This document shows, one piece after another, positions 13,272 to 26,610 of a DNA stretch of 64,000 nucleotides (within the stretch, counting starts at the first letter, position 1; each line of letters starts with the position of its first letter). The DNA is taken from contig OX597819.1 of the NCBI GenBank assembly GCA_951406725.2, forward strand, positions 20,150,001-20,214,000, in the 5' to 3' direction. The notes under the pieces were generated by a model that saw only the letters and a program-made list of their open reading frames with translations, ran no database searches and had not been told where the DNA came from. The translations under genes were made by a program, and so were the position numbers. The stretch comes from Octopus vulgaris. Taxonomy: Eukaryota.

Positions 13272-14285
13272 GGTATTAAGAGCATGAGACCACAAGTCTT
13301 ATGATGTAATACCAATAACGGAACATATAGTTTTACGTACATGCGCATACAAATGTTAAAACATACACATGCAGACACATACATGCACTTACGCACCTAC
13401 ACACACATATTTGTGAATGTATATGTATTCACATATGCATAACTACGTAGGTGTATACATGAATATCCGTATTGCATGCATTGACTGTCTCAATTCCTTC
13501 GAGTAAATCTCTCTCTCTCCCTCTACGTATATGTGTGTGAGTGTGTGTGTGTGCATCTTACAGACGCGAAAATCTCAGAGTGTACATGCTTATACGTACG
13601 CATGTACACCCCTGTAAACGCATGACTAAAAAAAAAACGTGTGATGTCCTCCTATTGGTTTTCTAATTACACAAAACTACAGAACCTTTCTAATCATATT
13701 CTAAGACACTTTGCAGGCATGTTAGACATAATGCCTCCAACGATATAAATCTGATTCTATTAACAGCACTTGTCAGACTAAATCCTCTTTCTTCAACCAC
13801 TATATCTGTCATTAAAAGGCAGGTGACAGAGAGATCTGGTAATGAAAAACCATTTCAGGTTTCATTAAGAGATCTTAATTCTTTATCACACTGCGACAGA
13901 TCAACTTTGACGTGTAGACTCATTTAATGAACACTACAGGCATCAAATCAGTCTAAATATATACTAAAACCCCACTCAATTATTTCTTGATAATACACGT
14001 ATCAATTTAGCGTTCCAAGTATTGATATAAATGACATGAATGATTTATAAATTTTTGCTGGTTTTCCTTTTATATGTCTCTTTCGTTTTGCTGTTGTAGT
14101 AGTAGTTATTATAATACCATTTGTCAAAGGATTGCGGTCACAGAAAGTATTTTCACATCTAAAATAAGAATAGAATTATTTTGAATTGTCACTTCAAAAT
14201 CAGTCATGGAGTAATAATTCCGTTCCCTATATGGCCCCAAACTCATAAATGTGGGTGTGTATGTGTACGCCCGCGTGTGTATGTA

Positions 14286-14413
<128 letters not shown>

Positions 14414-14619
14414 TACATACATATACACATACATTTATATTTGTTTGTATGTATGTATGTATGTATGTATGTATATGCAGCACGGAATTTTGTCAGTGAA
14501 TAGGTAGTGGTCTCAAAGAGATGGAAATATTTTGACAAATTAAATTTATATGTTGAAGGGAATCTGACGAATTTTGTGTTTTTTTAAATGGCTTATAAAC
14601 ACCTTCCACGCTGCAATTG

Positions 14620-14684
<65 letters not shown>

Positions 14685-15127
14685 TATATATATTTATATA
14701 TAAGTATGGATGTATGTATATATATGCATGCATATATACATGTATATGTGTTGCGACTTTCATAATTGTACACATATACTCTCGCTGCGAATGATATACG
14801 GGGATAAACGAACATGCGTTTTCTGTTCTAAGGTGGTGCTGGACATGCGTTTATCATGTAGGAGAATAAGGATACTATACCGAATATGTCGAATAAATAT
14901 TTTGTGATATATTAAAAAAAAGTTAATAACAGTCCATACATCACTGTGTTCATGAGAATAGAGGTAAGAAGTCTGGAGCTGAATATGAGAATATATACTA
15001 TATATAATAACTTATGTGAGATTGTTTCTGTCCATTGTACATGGATCACTAACAATACTCTCTCTCTCTCTCTCCCTCTCTATTTTCATATTTTATTTAC
15101 TCACACGTGCACACAAACCCATATATC

Positions 15128-15136
15128 TATTTCTTC

Positions 15137-15168
<32 letters not shown>

Positions 15169-15240
15169 CTTCTTCTTCTTCTTCTTCTTCTTCTTCTTCT
15201 TCTTCTTCTTCTTCTTCTTCTCCTTCTTCTTCTTCTTCAC
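15128..15240. repeat. (TTC)n microsatellite
   Basis: Directly visible. Confidence 0.95.
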
Positions 15241-16277
15241 TTTCATCTTCTCGGTTTTGCACCGCCTCTTCCTTCTCCTTCTTCTTGATTCCCCTTCCCC
15301 TACACCTAAATGACCTTCGACATATATACGCCTATTCCTTCGAGCAGCAAACGAAGCGCAAACAACTCTGGATGCAAGCTCTACTGTAGGGCCTTTGTAA
15401 CCTAGAGAGGCTTGAAAATTCGGAAACTGGCCCCTATGAACCTGGCATGGCTCGGGGGGAAAAAAACAACAACATTACTTCTCTTCTTATATATATATAC
15501 TTATAAGTGTGCGTGTGGGCGTAGGTGTCTGATTGTATGTGCTATGTGCGAACGCGTGTGTATGTTTGATTGAATATTTGCCACAGCCAACGTCGATGGA
15601 AGCAATACTTTTCACTTACTAACCGGAAGGTATTCGTTATAACACAAGAAATTCGCTAGTCTAAACAAACAGGTAAATTAATTATTGTGTTATGGAAGAA
15701 AAAACACATTTACCTATGTGGATTTCTCTATTCAGTAACGTTACTTGCAATCCGCAGATAACAACCAAAGTCTTACACGGGAATGTCTTTCTCTTTGTAG
15801 TATACCTTAATTTTCCTCGTAGTTTTCTGCCAAATAAAACATTGAAATGAGGTAACTTTACATAAACTTGTACTGAGTGTATAGTAAAACAATTCATTGG
15901 TGTTAGTAGCATTGCAAAGGAAACATTGTAAGCTATATGAACCATCCGATTCGAAATATTGGCTTAAGGCATTTGCAAACTTTTATTTAGAGTTTGCCAA
16001 AATTCAATTACAAGTAGTTGCGTATTCTAATAAATTTTGTCTCAAACAAAATACGTTTAGTTTCTTGTAAAAATAATTAAAAAAAATAAACAAAGGAATT
16101 TGCGCATAAAATTGTGTTGCAACGCATGGTACAATACCATTATAAAACCATCTTCGCTTGGTTGGGCGAAATGTTTTTCGTTCTGGTGTCTGTGGCCAAC
16201 TATGATTATGAAAAGTTTACACCACTTCAACAGAAAAACATCTCCAAAATTGTCAGAACGTATTTAAAATGACAGTG

Positions 16278-16500
16278 ATCCACTGGGGTCATGGCTTGGG
16301 TTGCTGTTGCTACTGATGGTTGCAAATTACTCTTGGTGATCATTGAAGAAGGAATGAAAGTAAATAGCAGAGATTACTAGCAAAATTTAGACAAAAGAAT
16401 ACTGTCTTGGTTGTCGGCTACATTTAGGATTTACTATGTCTAAGACACGACACACCTAATTTAACGTGGAAATTGTCCAAGAGATAATTTTGTGGGTTTT
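16278..16500 (+). pseudogene. Tc1/mariner (maT/DD37D-like) transposase remnant
   Basis: STGVMAWVAVATDGCKLLLVIIEEGMKVNSRDY*QNLDKRILSWLSATF matches the VMVWAAV.SDG.K.PLVFIE.GVKVN pattern. Confidence 0.65.
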
Positions 16501-16538
16501 GTGAGGTCCATTTATTCTCCATTAAGCATAGAACCATC

Positions 16539-16895
16539 TGTGGTGAAAAGAAAGGGCAGCTGTTTTGGACCGTAAATGTAAGTGAAATATTGCCCGTAAA
16601 TCTAACAACCGACCTTGAACTTTTATTAACAAAAAATTAAAAATCCTATGGGTTTTGTGATGACACACATTAGCGAGCGATGCCTCAAGTGTATCACGCT
16701 GGACAAATGCACTTGAGAGGCTATAGTGCCATATGACCGAAAAGGTGGTGAAGAAGTTATGCACTTTAGGTAAAACAAGATTAAGGGCTGTTGTGAAAGG
16801 AAAGGACATTATTTTGAAATGTATATATAAGCAAAATATTGTCCATAAATCTAACAACCGACCTGCGAACTTTTATTAACAAAAAACTTAAAATT
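16539..16895. repeat. Diverged about 105-bp direct duplication, period about 250
   Basis: taaatctaacaaccgacct..gaacttttattaacaaaaaa occurs at about 16597 and about 16846. Confidence 0.7.
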
Positions 16896-17769
16896 TTACA
16901 TTCTATGATAAGGTGAATAGTTGGTCGATACCTTGGGCCGTAACTGGATGAATTTAAGGGGAAAAAAACAAGGCAATTCCTGAAAATAAAATTTTTAAAA
17001 TCCACTCTACTTATAAATAAAAAGAACGATAATTAACATAAACAGACTTTGACCAATAATTTTCGAGTAAGGCTCATCTTTCGAATTGTGGGGTTTTTTA
17101 ATGCATACATGGAAAGTAAGCTCTCTGACAAGGCTTTGGAGAATAGAAAAAACTTACAAAGACAAATATTTTGGGAAATACCACTTAGCTTTAATGCAAT
17201 TCCCCACAAAACCTCAGGGCTTCGATAATTATTAATGTATAGACATTTATCAGAAAATACAGTGGAATATGTATGCATTCAGAACCATCAATGGGTGAGA
17301 ACTGCTTTGCGAAATTGCGTATTGTCATTCAGATTTATTGTAGTGCAAATTCATTCACACCATTTTGAATTAATCATTCATTATTTCATTATCTCCGAGC
17401 TTCGAGATTTTGAGGTTGCGGTTTTTTTAAACTTTTTAGAATGGTGTTATACTGTTGGTGAAAGACTAAATATGGCCTGTTTGAACATAAAACAAGTAGA
17501 ATATTTTGGATATACTATACTAATCTCAATGCAAAAATGTGTTAAAAGGAGTATGCTAATGAATGTCAATAGTCGGTATTGCTAGATTCAGGACATTTGC
17601 AATATTTATGTGAGATTACAAAGCTTTGCTTCAAAGTCGCTTGACTCGAAAGACAATGTCCTCATATTCCTTGAAGATCGTGCTAAGCGCAGTTAGTGGA
17701 CACGCTGATGAAAGCAACAGGCTGGACAAGGAAAGGATAAACTGAGTGTTAAAAGGCGATCTAACAGTA

Positions 17770-18420
17770 TTTCGCAACAAGCCCCACTCAGCGTTCATCG
17801 AGTCGTTGACGACGCCCTAACTTGACGCTTTTACAAGCTTCATACTTTATGGTCCACCATCCGCTTTAAACCGTAGCAAGAGCTTCCTGATGTGTCGGAG
17901 AAATGTTGCATTTCTGCAGTGTAGCAACATATTTATGCTTCAATTTCATTCCATTTCCTGTAACAGAACTTTGGACTTCGGTCAATTTCTCGTAGAAATC
18001 AATATAGGGAAAGTTGAATGTGGTCATCTTGAACACATGACAAATCCAATGAAGCTGACGTCTAACAATAAGAGATTTGATACTGAAGGTGTTGCAGAGT
18101 TCAAAGATGTTTCTATTGGGAACGATGTATGTCATGAAACGCCGAAGATGTGTTGGAGTCAAATATCTTCAGGTGCTTGCAGTAAACCACCCAGATTTCT
18201 GCTCCATATCAATAAAGCGATGAGCTGACACACATCAAATTTCGTGCGAGTCCTCAGATTCTTGTTGGAGAACTCTCTGGTCTAAAACCCACCGGAAGCT
18301 GCAGACACCTGCTGTATTCACTGTTATATTTCCTCATCATTAGTGTTGTTAGACATGATGGACCCGAGGCAGGTAAACCACGATACAATGTCACTACCAA
18401 TGCGGATTGAGGGTATCTCA
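17770..18420 (-). pseudogene. RTE-clade LINE reverse transcriptase C-terminal remnant
   Basis: WFTCLGSIMSNNTNDEEI..IQQVSAASGG..KNLRTRTKFDV and VPNRNIF..SIKSLIVRRQLHWICHVFKM match the RTE motifs FTYLGS and QLRWAGHV.RM. Confidence 0.75.
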
Positions 18421-19736
18421 TTCAGTGAATTCAGACTACGTTGTTCAAGAATTTTTGCAATCTGATCGGCTTAGGGTTTTACAGTAACCGTGTTGTCCAT
18501 ACCGCCACTCCATGCTCGGGTTTTTGGCGACTAAACCGGTAAGTTCACCAAGTTTATCGGGCTGCAAAGGGCTTCAGAGTTCCTTGCAGTAGATTATGGT
18601 AGAAAAAAAGGAATCACAAAACTGGTGCTGCAATTCCAGAGATCTAAGTGCAAAGCAAATTGATGTTTGCATTATAACACATAATGACTATAATAGTCAA
18701 ACTGTGACTGATGAATCTCGTTGAAAGTTGTTTGAAAAATTGATCGCATGATCGACGAATGGAAATAAAGTGATTTCTTTTTAGTTTTAGATTCTGCTCT
18801 AACGTCTATGACTAAAGTGATACCATCTTTTTTGCCCCCAACCGTTTGATGTTCATAATCCCATTCTTACGAGATAGGTCTGTTATATTCTGTCTGATAC
18901 TATAAAACTATTAGTATGCATATTCTACGTTTTACTTTACTTTTCATTTCAGCTCTTTCTGGAAATAATTTCCTGTCTGCCTAAATTTGATGTTCTTTAT
19001 CATCGGGCAAAATCTCAAACTGTTGAAACCAAAATTTTTGTGTAGGGCATATTTTTTTAAACCAGAATTGTATATTCAGTTTTATCTGTTTCGTGTTTCA
19101 TAAAATAAATTGCTCTGCTTCTTAGACGTATATTGAAATATGCGTTTTAATATAGAAGTATTTCATGCAGAATTTTATTAATGAGGCTGAACTTTTTCTG
19201 TAAGAAGATTGATGCAGTGATTCCGCATATTGCAGTTTATGTGTCTGTGTTGCATTAAAGTGCTTTAAAGAAGAGAGCGAAGGAATATTAACAAAGTTAG
19301 TTACTAAGATACAAAGAACAATCGCCTCAAAGAACTATAGAGAGAAACTAGAGCAATATACAAATTTAATGAAGCTGAAAAACTTCAGTTTCAGAAATTT
19401 CAACAGATACAGCTGTGAAGTTTTCAGAGTTATAAAAAGCAGAAAGGGAAAAAGAGAAAAATATTGCATACAGAAAAAAGTTTAGCAAAAATGGGAGACA
19501 AAAATATGAAAATACTGAGTAGGCGGGACAGAACTGTCAAAAATGTACCATATTTAACAATGTTAAAAATTTATACACACAAAAAAAAAAAAATCAAAAA
19601 AAAAAATCCGAGTCGGTCGTTTCCAAAAATGCTATGGTTGATAGTGTGGGTTTGTAAAAACACAATTCTCAGTTCGTGTTTTTTTTTGTTTAGCAAAATC
19701 ACTTCACTCCCATGAACGAGAACTCTCTCTCTCTCA

Positions 19737-19793
<57 letters not shown>

Positions 19794-19808
19794 CATCTAC
19801 CTATATGC

Positions 19809-19875
<67 letters not shown>

Positions 19876-20181
19876 ATTCAATAAAAATGGTAAATAATTT
19901 TCCTGTGGTTTATCATGTAACCAACAATTATTTACCGGTAAATTTCGGTATGTAAATACGACAAATTAATTGTCAAGACCTTTGTAAGGTTCAGTATATA
20001 GTAAAGAAAAAATAAGAAGGTTAACAGCAGGCTGTTTCACCTCATACCGAAGGAATTAGAAATGGCAGTCAAAGACCGTTTTTCCAATTTCTATAAGTGG
20101 AGAATCCAAAAACGAAGGCCCTTACGGCTCACATACACAAAACCGGAGTGGCAAATATACGAATTCAATCACTTACCGTTA

Positions 20182-20246
20182 ATAGCGGACATATGTTTCT
20201 GGATCGCAAACGTGGAAATCAGTTTGAATTCCGTCATCGGCGCTAT
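20182..20246 (-). ncRNA. Variant type I hammerhead ribozyme (copy 1)
   Basis: Reverse complement of the 20946-21010 motif. Confidence 0.7.
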
Positions 20247-20945
20247 ATTCGATAGTTTTACTAAATGCCACTAGCCCTCACTTCTGACCCAGCGACATCA
20301 GATAGTGGGGGGAAGAGTGCAGATTTTAAAACTAAGTGGCGACTGGGAACGTAAACTTTCCCTCCAAAATTCTGCCATGCGCGCTTTCTGGGTAATCGTA
20401 ATGGAATGAGGAATCCACATGGTAATTCAATAAAAATGGTAAATAATTTTCCTGTGGTTTATCATGTAACCAACAATTATTTACCGGTAAATTTCGGTAT
20501 GTAAATACGACAAATTAATTGTCAAGACCTTTGTAAGGTTCAGTATATAGTAATTGGAAAATAAGAAGTCTTTGACAGCAGGCTGTTTCACCTCATACCG
20601 AAGGAATTAGAAATGGCAGTCAAAGACCGTTTTTCCAATTACTATATACTGAACCTTACAAAGGTCTTGACAATTAATTTGTCGTATTTACATACCGAAA
20701 TTTACCGGTAAATAATTGTTGGTTACATGATAAACCACAGGAAAATTATTTACCATTTTTATTGAATTACCATGTGGATTCCTCATTCCATTACGATTAC
20801 CCAGAAAGCGCGCATGGCAGAATTTTGGAGGGAAAGTTTACGTTCCCAGTCGCCACTTAGTTTTAAAATCTGCACTCTTCCCCCCACTATCTGATGTCGC
20901 TGGGTCAGAAGTGAGGGCTAGTGGCATTTAGTAAAACTATCGAAT

Positions 20946-21010
20946 ATAGCGCCGATGACGGAATTCAAACTGATTTCCACGTTTGCGATCCAGAAACATA
21001 TGTCCGCTAT
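20946..21010 (+). ncRNA. Variant type I hammerhead ribozyme (copy 2)
   Basis: atagcg-CCGATGA-c-gga...tcc-a-GAAAC-atat-GTC-cgctat. 6-bp stem I, palindromic stem III, core U4>C. Confidence 0.7.
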
Positions 21011-21197
21011 TAACGGTAAGTGATTGAATTCGTATATTTGCCACTCCGGTTTTGTGTATGTGAGCCGTAAGGGCCTTCGTTTTTGGATTCTCCACTAATA
21101 GAAATTGGAAAAACGGTCTTTGACTGCCATTTCTAATTCCTTCGGTATGAGGTGAAACAGCCTCCTGATAACCTTCTTATTTTTTCTTTACTATATA

Positions 21198-21262
<65 letters not shown>

Positions 21263-22113
21263 AAACACACATATAAATGTATATATGTGCGTATGATTGT
21301 ATACAAATGAAATGGAAGGATTATTTGAGATATAATGTTACTTTCAAATGAGAAAGCCGAGTGTGATGTAGATGCAAGCATGTTATACGTAATTTATCTC
21401 ATTTGTAAGATTTTGATTTCTAAAATGGATTCTCTTCATTAAATATAAGGAGAGATAACGATATACGCACATACACACACACACACACATGCATATGTAA
21501 ACCTATATACATATGTATATGCATTTATACGACTACTGACAATCCCTACATTCACACACAAACACACAAATATGTTATGTCTGTATAAAACCGTTAACAC
21601 GTCGGTTTGAAGAAGACGGCATTTTGGCTGTGATTGACGTTTTCAGATCCTCATGTTGTGTTGCTTTGCTTTTCCTGTTGGTTCAATCCGCAGGTCCAAT
21701 CAAGCTTTCTAAAAACAGAGTGCATTGAAACTAGCATTATCCCATGCATCCTTCTTTTTTTTAGTACGGTTCAGTTAAGAGATTTGTCACTACGATTTTC
21801 ATAAATCTAAAGATAATCACTTTTATTCACTAACCGGACACCAACTGGAACAGGCAAAAAAAAAAAAAAAATTAGGCATGAATGTATGTAATACGTCTTC
21901 TTTTATGTATTTAAACATAAACATGCTTAATTGGTTACTCGGACTTTGAATAGCTACTTTCATCGCTGTCAGGCGATGGTCGGAAAGAATTCTTTGGAGA
22001 CCATGTGAGCTAGATTTGTGAAATACGTGCCTTAAACATTCCATTGCTATATATGTTGTGTAGAGTAGGCACACTATTTCTTATCTATCTATCTATCTCT
22101 GTCTGTCTGTCAG

Positions 22114-22169
<56 letters not shown>

Positions 22170-22175
<6 letters not shown>

Positions 22176-22396
22176 CTACCCACAAGGGGCTAAACATAGA
22201 AGGGATAAACGAAGACAGACAAACGGATTAATTCGATTACATGAAGCCCAGTGCGAAACTGGTACTTTATTTATCAACCCCGAAAGGATGAAGGGCAAAG
22301 TCGACCTCGGCGGAATTTGAACTCAGAACATAACGGCAGACGAAACGCCGCTAAGCAATTCATCCGGTGCGCTAACATTTCGCCAGTTCGCTGCCT
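22170..22396 (-). mobile_element. Family A SINE
   Basis: Matches the unit of the 23.3-24.6 kb array; inserted among (CT)n/(TA)n. Confidence 0.85.
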
Positions 22397-22505
<109 letters not shown>

Positions 22506-23343
22506 ATATATAGGAGAGAGAGGGAGAGAGAGAGGCAATTGGTGTTGGAGGCAATTGAAACAATAAAGTATATTAGTGTTGGAGATAAAAAACTAACATT
22601 CAATTTCTTTTGCTATGGAACGGCAAAAGAATCTCCATCTATTTTTTATATGAAGGGAATAAAAGCAAGTGACACGAACAAACATCGAATTAAATTATTT
22701 AACGCAAAGCAATTACGTTAACAAAATGACATTTGGTGAGCGCAAATAACTAGATTATCGCAATTATATTCTGGGGAATTTTGCACATGTTATCATTCTT
22801 GGAAGTGTAAACACTGCAGAAATAATACCACGTGGACATTTTCGAAAGCAGACACGCCTCCCTCGACGAATCAGTTTCGTATCTGTGCTTTACGAACTTG
22901 CAATTAGATTTAACCCTCTCCTCTATTGTTACTCAGCTATCTCTGGCGTACACTGAAAGATAACAATATTCTCTCAAAGGATTCAGTAACACTAGCGAGG
23001 GAAAATGCTGAAATCAAATCAAATGACGTGATTCTAAAGGTGCTTAAATTTACCTCTGCTGCATATTTATAGATCTGTAATTTAAACTCCGCTTTTAACA
23101 GATTACGTCATAGTTACACGCAGTCTAAACAACCAGAATACTGTACGTTACAGCTGCTGAAGAAGAGAAAGCCAGCGCAATAAAAATAAAATGTGCAGAA
23201 TATTGGAAAATGAAAATCACCATCTTTTATTTACAGAATACCACCTGTTAGACGGTGTTGCCCATCTAAAAAGCAAATAATTATACAGAATAAGTGAAAC
23301 AGCGTTAGGTAGAATTTAAAAAGAGAACTTTTGAGTAAAAACA

Positions 23344-24580
23344 TATTTGTTTCTTTATTACCGACAAGGGGCTAAACATAGAGGGGACTAAGAAGGACAG
23401 ACAAACGGATTAAGTCGATTACATCGACTCCAGTGCGTAACTGGTACTTAATTTATCGACCCCGAATGGATGAAAGGCAAAGTCGACCTCGGCGTGATTT
23501 GAACTCTGAACGTAACCGCAGACGAAATACGGCTACGCATTTTCCCGGCATGCTAACGGTTCTGCCAGCTCGCCGCCTTACTTCAGTAAAAATATATGTT
23601 TCTTTATTACCCACAAGGGGCTAAACATAGAAGGGACAAACAAGGACAGACAAACGGATTAAATCGATTACATCGACCCCAGTGCTTAACTGGTACTTAA
23701 TTTATCGACCCCGAAAGGATGAAAGGCAAAGTCGACCTCGGCGTGATTTGAACTCTGAACGTAACGGCAGACGAAATACGGCTACGCATTTCGCCCGGCG
23801 TGCTAACGGTTCTGCCAGCTCGCCGCCTTACTTCAGTAAAAATATATCTGTTTCTTTATTACCCAAAAGGGGCTAAACATAGAAGGGACAAATAAGGACA
23901 GACTAACGGATTGAGTCGATTACATCGACCCCAGTGCGTAACTGGTACTTAATTTATCGACCCCGAAAGGATGAAAGGCAAAGTCGACCTCGGCGTGATT
24001 TGAACTCTGAACGTAACGGCAGACGAAATACGGCTACGCATTTCGCCCGGCGTGCTAACGGTTCTGCCAGCTCGCCGATTTACTTCAGTAAAAATATATG
24101 TTTCTTTATTACCCACAAGGGGCTAAACATAGAAGGGACAAACAAGGACAGACAAACGGATTAAATCGATTACATCGACCCCAGTGCTTAACTGGTACTT
24201 AATTTATCGACCCCGAAAGGATGAAAGGCAAAGTCGACCTCGGCGTGATTTGAACTCTGAACGTAACGGCAGACGAAATACGGCTACGCATTTCGCCCGG
24301 CGTGCTAACGGTTCTGCCAGCTCGCCGCCTTACTTCAGTAAAAATATATCTGTTTCTTTATTACCCAAAAGGGGCTAAACATAGAAGGGACAAATAAGGA
24401 CAGACTAACGGATTGAGTCGATTACATCGACCCCAGTGCGTAACTGGTACTTAATTTATCGACCCCGAAAGGATGAAAGGCAAAGTCGACCTCGGCGTGA
24501 TTTGAACTCTGAACGTAACGGCAGACGAAATACGGCTACGCATTTCGCCCGGCGTGCTAACGGTTCTGCCAGCTCGCCGA
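23344..24580 (-). repeat. Head-to-tail array of five full-length family A SINEs
   Basis: Periods 249, 252, 250 and 252 bp; units joined by tacttcagtaaaaatatat. Confidence 0.92.
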
Positions 24581-25684
24581 TTTACTTTAGTTAAAATATA
24601 TCGCTCTCAAACGGGGTTGACTACGGGATAAAGAAAAAATTCCGTCATAGAAAGACGGGAGGTGACAGGGAAATAATTAAGAAGGAATTTGTTTGAGATC
24701 GACGTCTTGTTCATAAAGATATGGTCAGACAAACAATTAGTGTCAAAGAAGAAGGCAGAAGTTAATTCATGTTGCGAAATATGGGGAGGAGAGAATAATT
24801 AAAATAAAGGATAAAAGAGAAAAAGTAAGCTGAATGGGAATTAAAGGAGGATTGCTCCTGTATTGAACCAAAAGTATTCAGTATCATTGGTTCGAAAGTA
24901 AATCAAAAGTCTTGATTGTGAGATTCTAGTATAAACAGCTGACCTTATATCGGAGGAATTTTTATCAATGTTAACCAACAAGTTCTCGACAAACATATCG
25001 TGTTTGTTGGCGCCAGCAGAAGAACAACTAATGTCACAAAAAGAACTACTCGCATCGTAACAAGTGCGGGCTAATTGCATGCACGAATTTCACGTGTAAA
25101 ATGTATACATCCTGTCTGAAACAATTCGACGTGGGTCACTGTGACAATAATATCACAAACATGCAGGAAGGAAGTTGGAAGTTTGGGGTGGAATTATTAA
25201 CGTCTCTTATTGTTCAAAATTAAAACGGGCAGATGCTTAACTTTGATTCAAACATCGTTGAACAACACTCCTCTTCTTTACATCAAGTAACTTCTAAGGT
25301 TCAAATTTAGCTTTTGATCATAAGTTAAATAACAATGATCAGGTTTGCACACCACTTTTCAGGAGGTAATCCTTAATTGATTATTGAGAATAATACCCTG
25401 CAGTTTTGCACAACGGCGAGAAATTATCTGTTTATCAGCAGGACAACAATGCCTCTTTACAAGTAGCAGAGAAAAAGTATGCAGAAAGTTAGAAAGTAGA
25501 GACACAGAAGTTATTAGCAAGTGTCTTTGCGGAAGTTATGAGGCGACAAAAGTTAGCCCAACAAAATTAGGAAATTTTGATTGTTAATACGCATGAATAT
25601 ATAATCAACTGCATCGGCACCATTCTTGGGAAACCTGGCTTCAAAAACAAGAAAGAACAAGGCAAATCAAGATATTGCAAATAT

Positions 25685-26068
25685 TTATTTCTCTATTGCC
25701 CGAATGGGCTAAACATAAAGGGGACAAACAAGTGATGTCAATTACACCTACTCCAAAAAGTAACTGGTACGTATTTAATCCACCCTTAAAGGACTAAAGG
25801 CAAAATCCACCTCGGTAGACGACATACCTATTTCTATTCTATTACTACCCACAAGGGGCTACGCACAGAGAGGACAAACAAGGACAGACAAACGGATTAA
25901 GTCGATTATATCGACCCCAGTGCGTAACAGGTAGTTATTTAATCGACCTCGAAGGGATGAAACTCAAAGTCAACCTCGGCGGAATTTGAACTCAGAACGT
26001 AACGGCAGATGAAATGCGTCCACGCATTTCACCCGGCGTGCTAACGTTTCTGCCAGCTCGCCGCCTAG
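25685..26068 (-). mobile_element. Dimeric family A SINE with 14-bp TSD
   Basis: gatattgcaaatat at 25671-25684 and 26069-26082. Confidence 0.88.
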
Positions 26069-26465
26069 GATATTGCAAATATCAGGCATTAAAACTAATG
26101 TCTAAAGGTTTAAAACATTCACTAGTTATTCAAGTGAAAACTGAATGTAAACGCTTATTGTTATGCAACAAAATGTCTGCATTTGTATAAGTCGAAAGCT
26201 GCAGATCCACTCGCTCAATGACATCTATATAAACACATATATTCAAGTATTGCATATGCATACGTACTGGCATGAAGTCGTTTCTGTATAACTACGGAAA
26301 GAATCTAGAAACTTTTTAAGGAGATGAAATTACAATTACTGCAGTATAATGATTGAAACATATTAAAGATAAAAGACACTTGCACATCCACACACACACT
26401 CACACACACACACACACAAACACATACACAGACACATAGACACATACACAGACACACACACACAT

Positions 26466-26496
<31 letters not shown>

Positions 26497-26497
<1 letters not shown>

Positions 26498-26610
26498 CAC
26501 TGTCACCGTCACCGTCACCGACCACGCTATCAGATGTTGCTACACATCACTGTTCACAATGTGCTTCACATTGTTTTAGCTACCCGCTAGCTATATTGGC
26601 GAGCAGGCCA
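26497..26610 (-). mobile_element. 3' tail fragment of family B SINE
   Basis: Reverse complement of the tail at 52033-52140 (ggcctgctcgc..aacatctgat). Confidence 0.65.

Larger units (their letters stand above)
19874..21197. mobile_element. 1.3-kb tandem-plus-inverted array of a 549-bp HHR-bearing monomer in (TA)n
   Basis: Monomer 19874-20422, partial repeat 20423-20640, then an inverted full monomer 20641-21189. Arms about 19995-20560 and 20631-21197 are nearly identical. Confidence 0.9.

Noticed and set aside
23344-24580. CRISPR-like or repeated small-gene array
   Set aside because: Units are whole SINE copies with no unique spacers; the repeated ORFs are incidental.
25380-25580. Tc1-like YQQDN motif
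   Set aside because: Surrounding transposase motifs are not recognisable.
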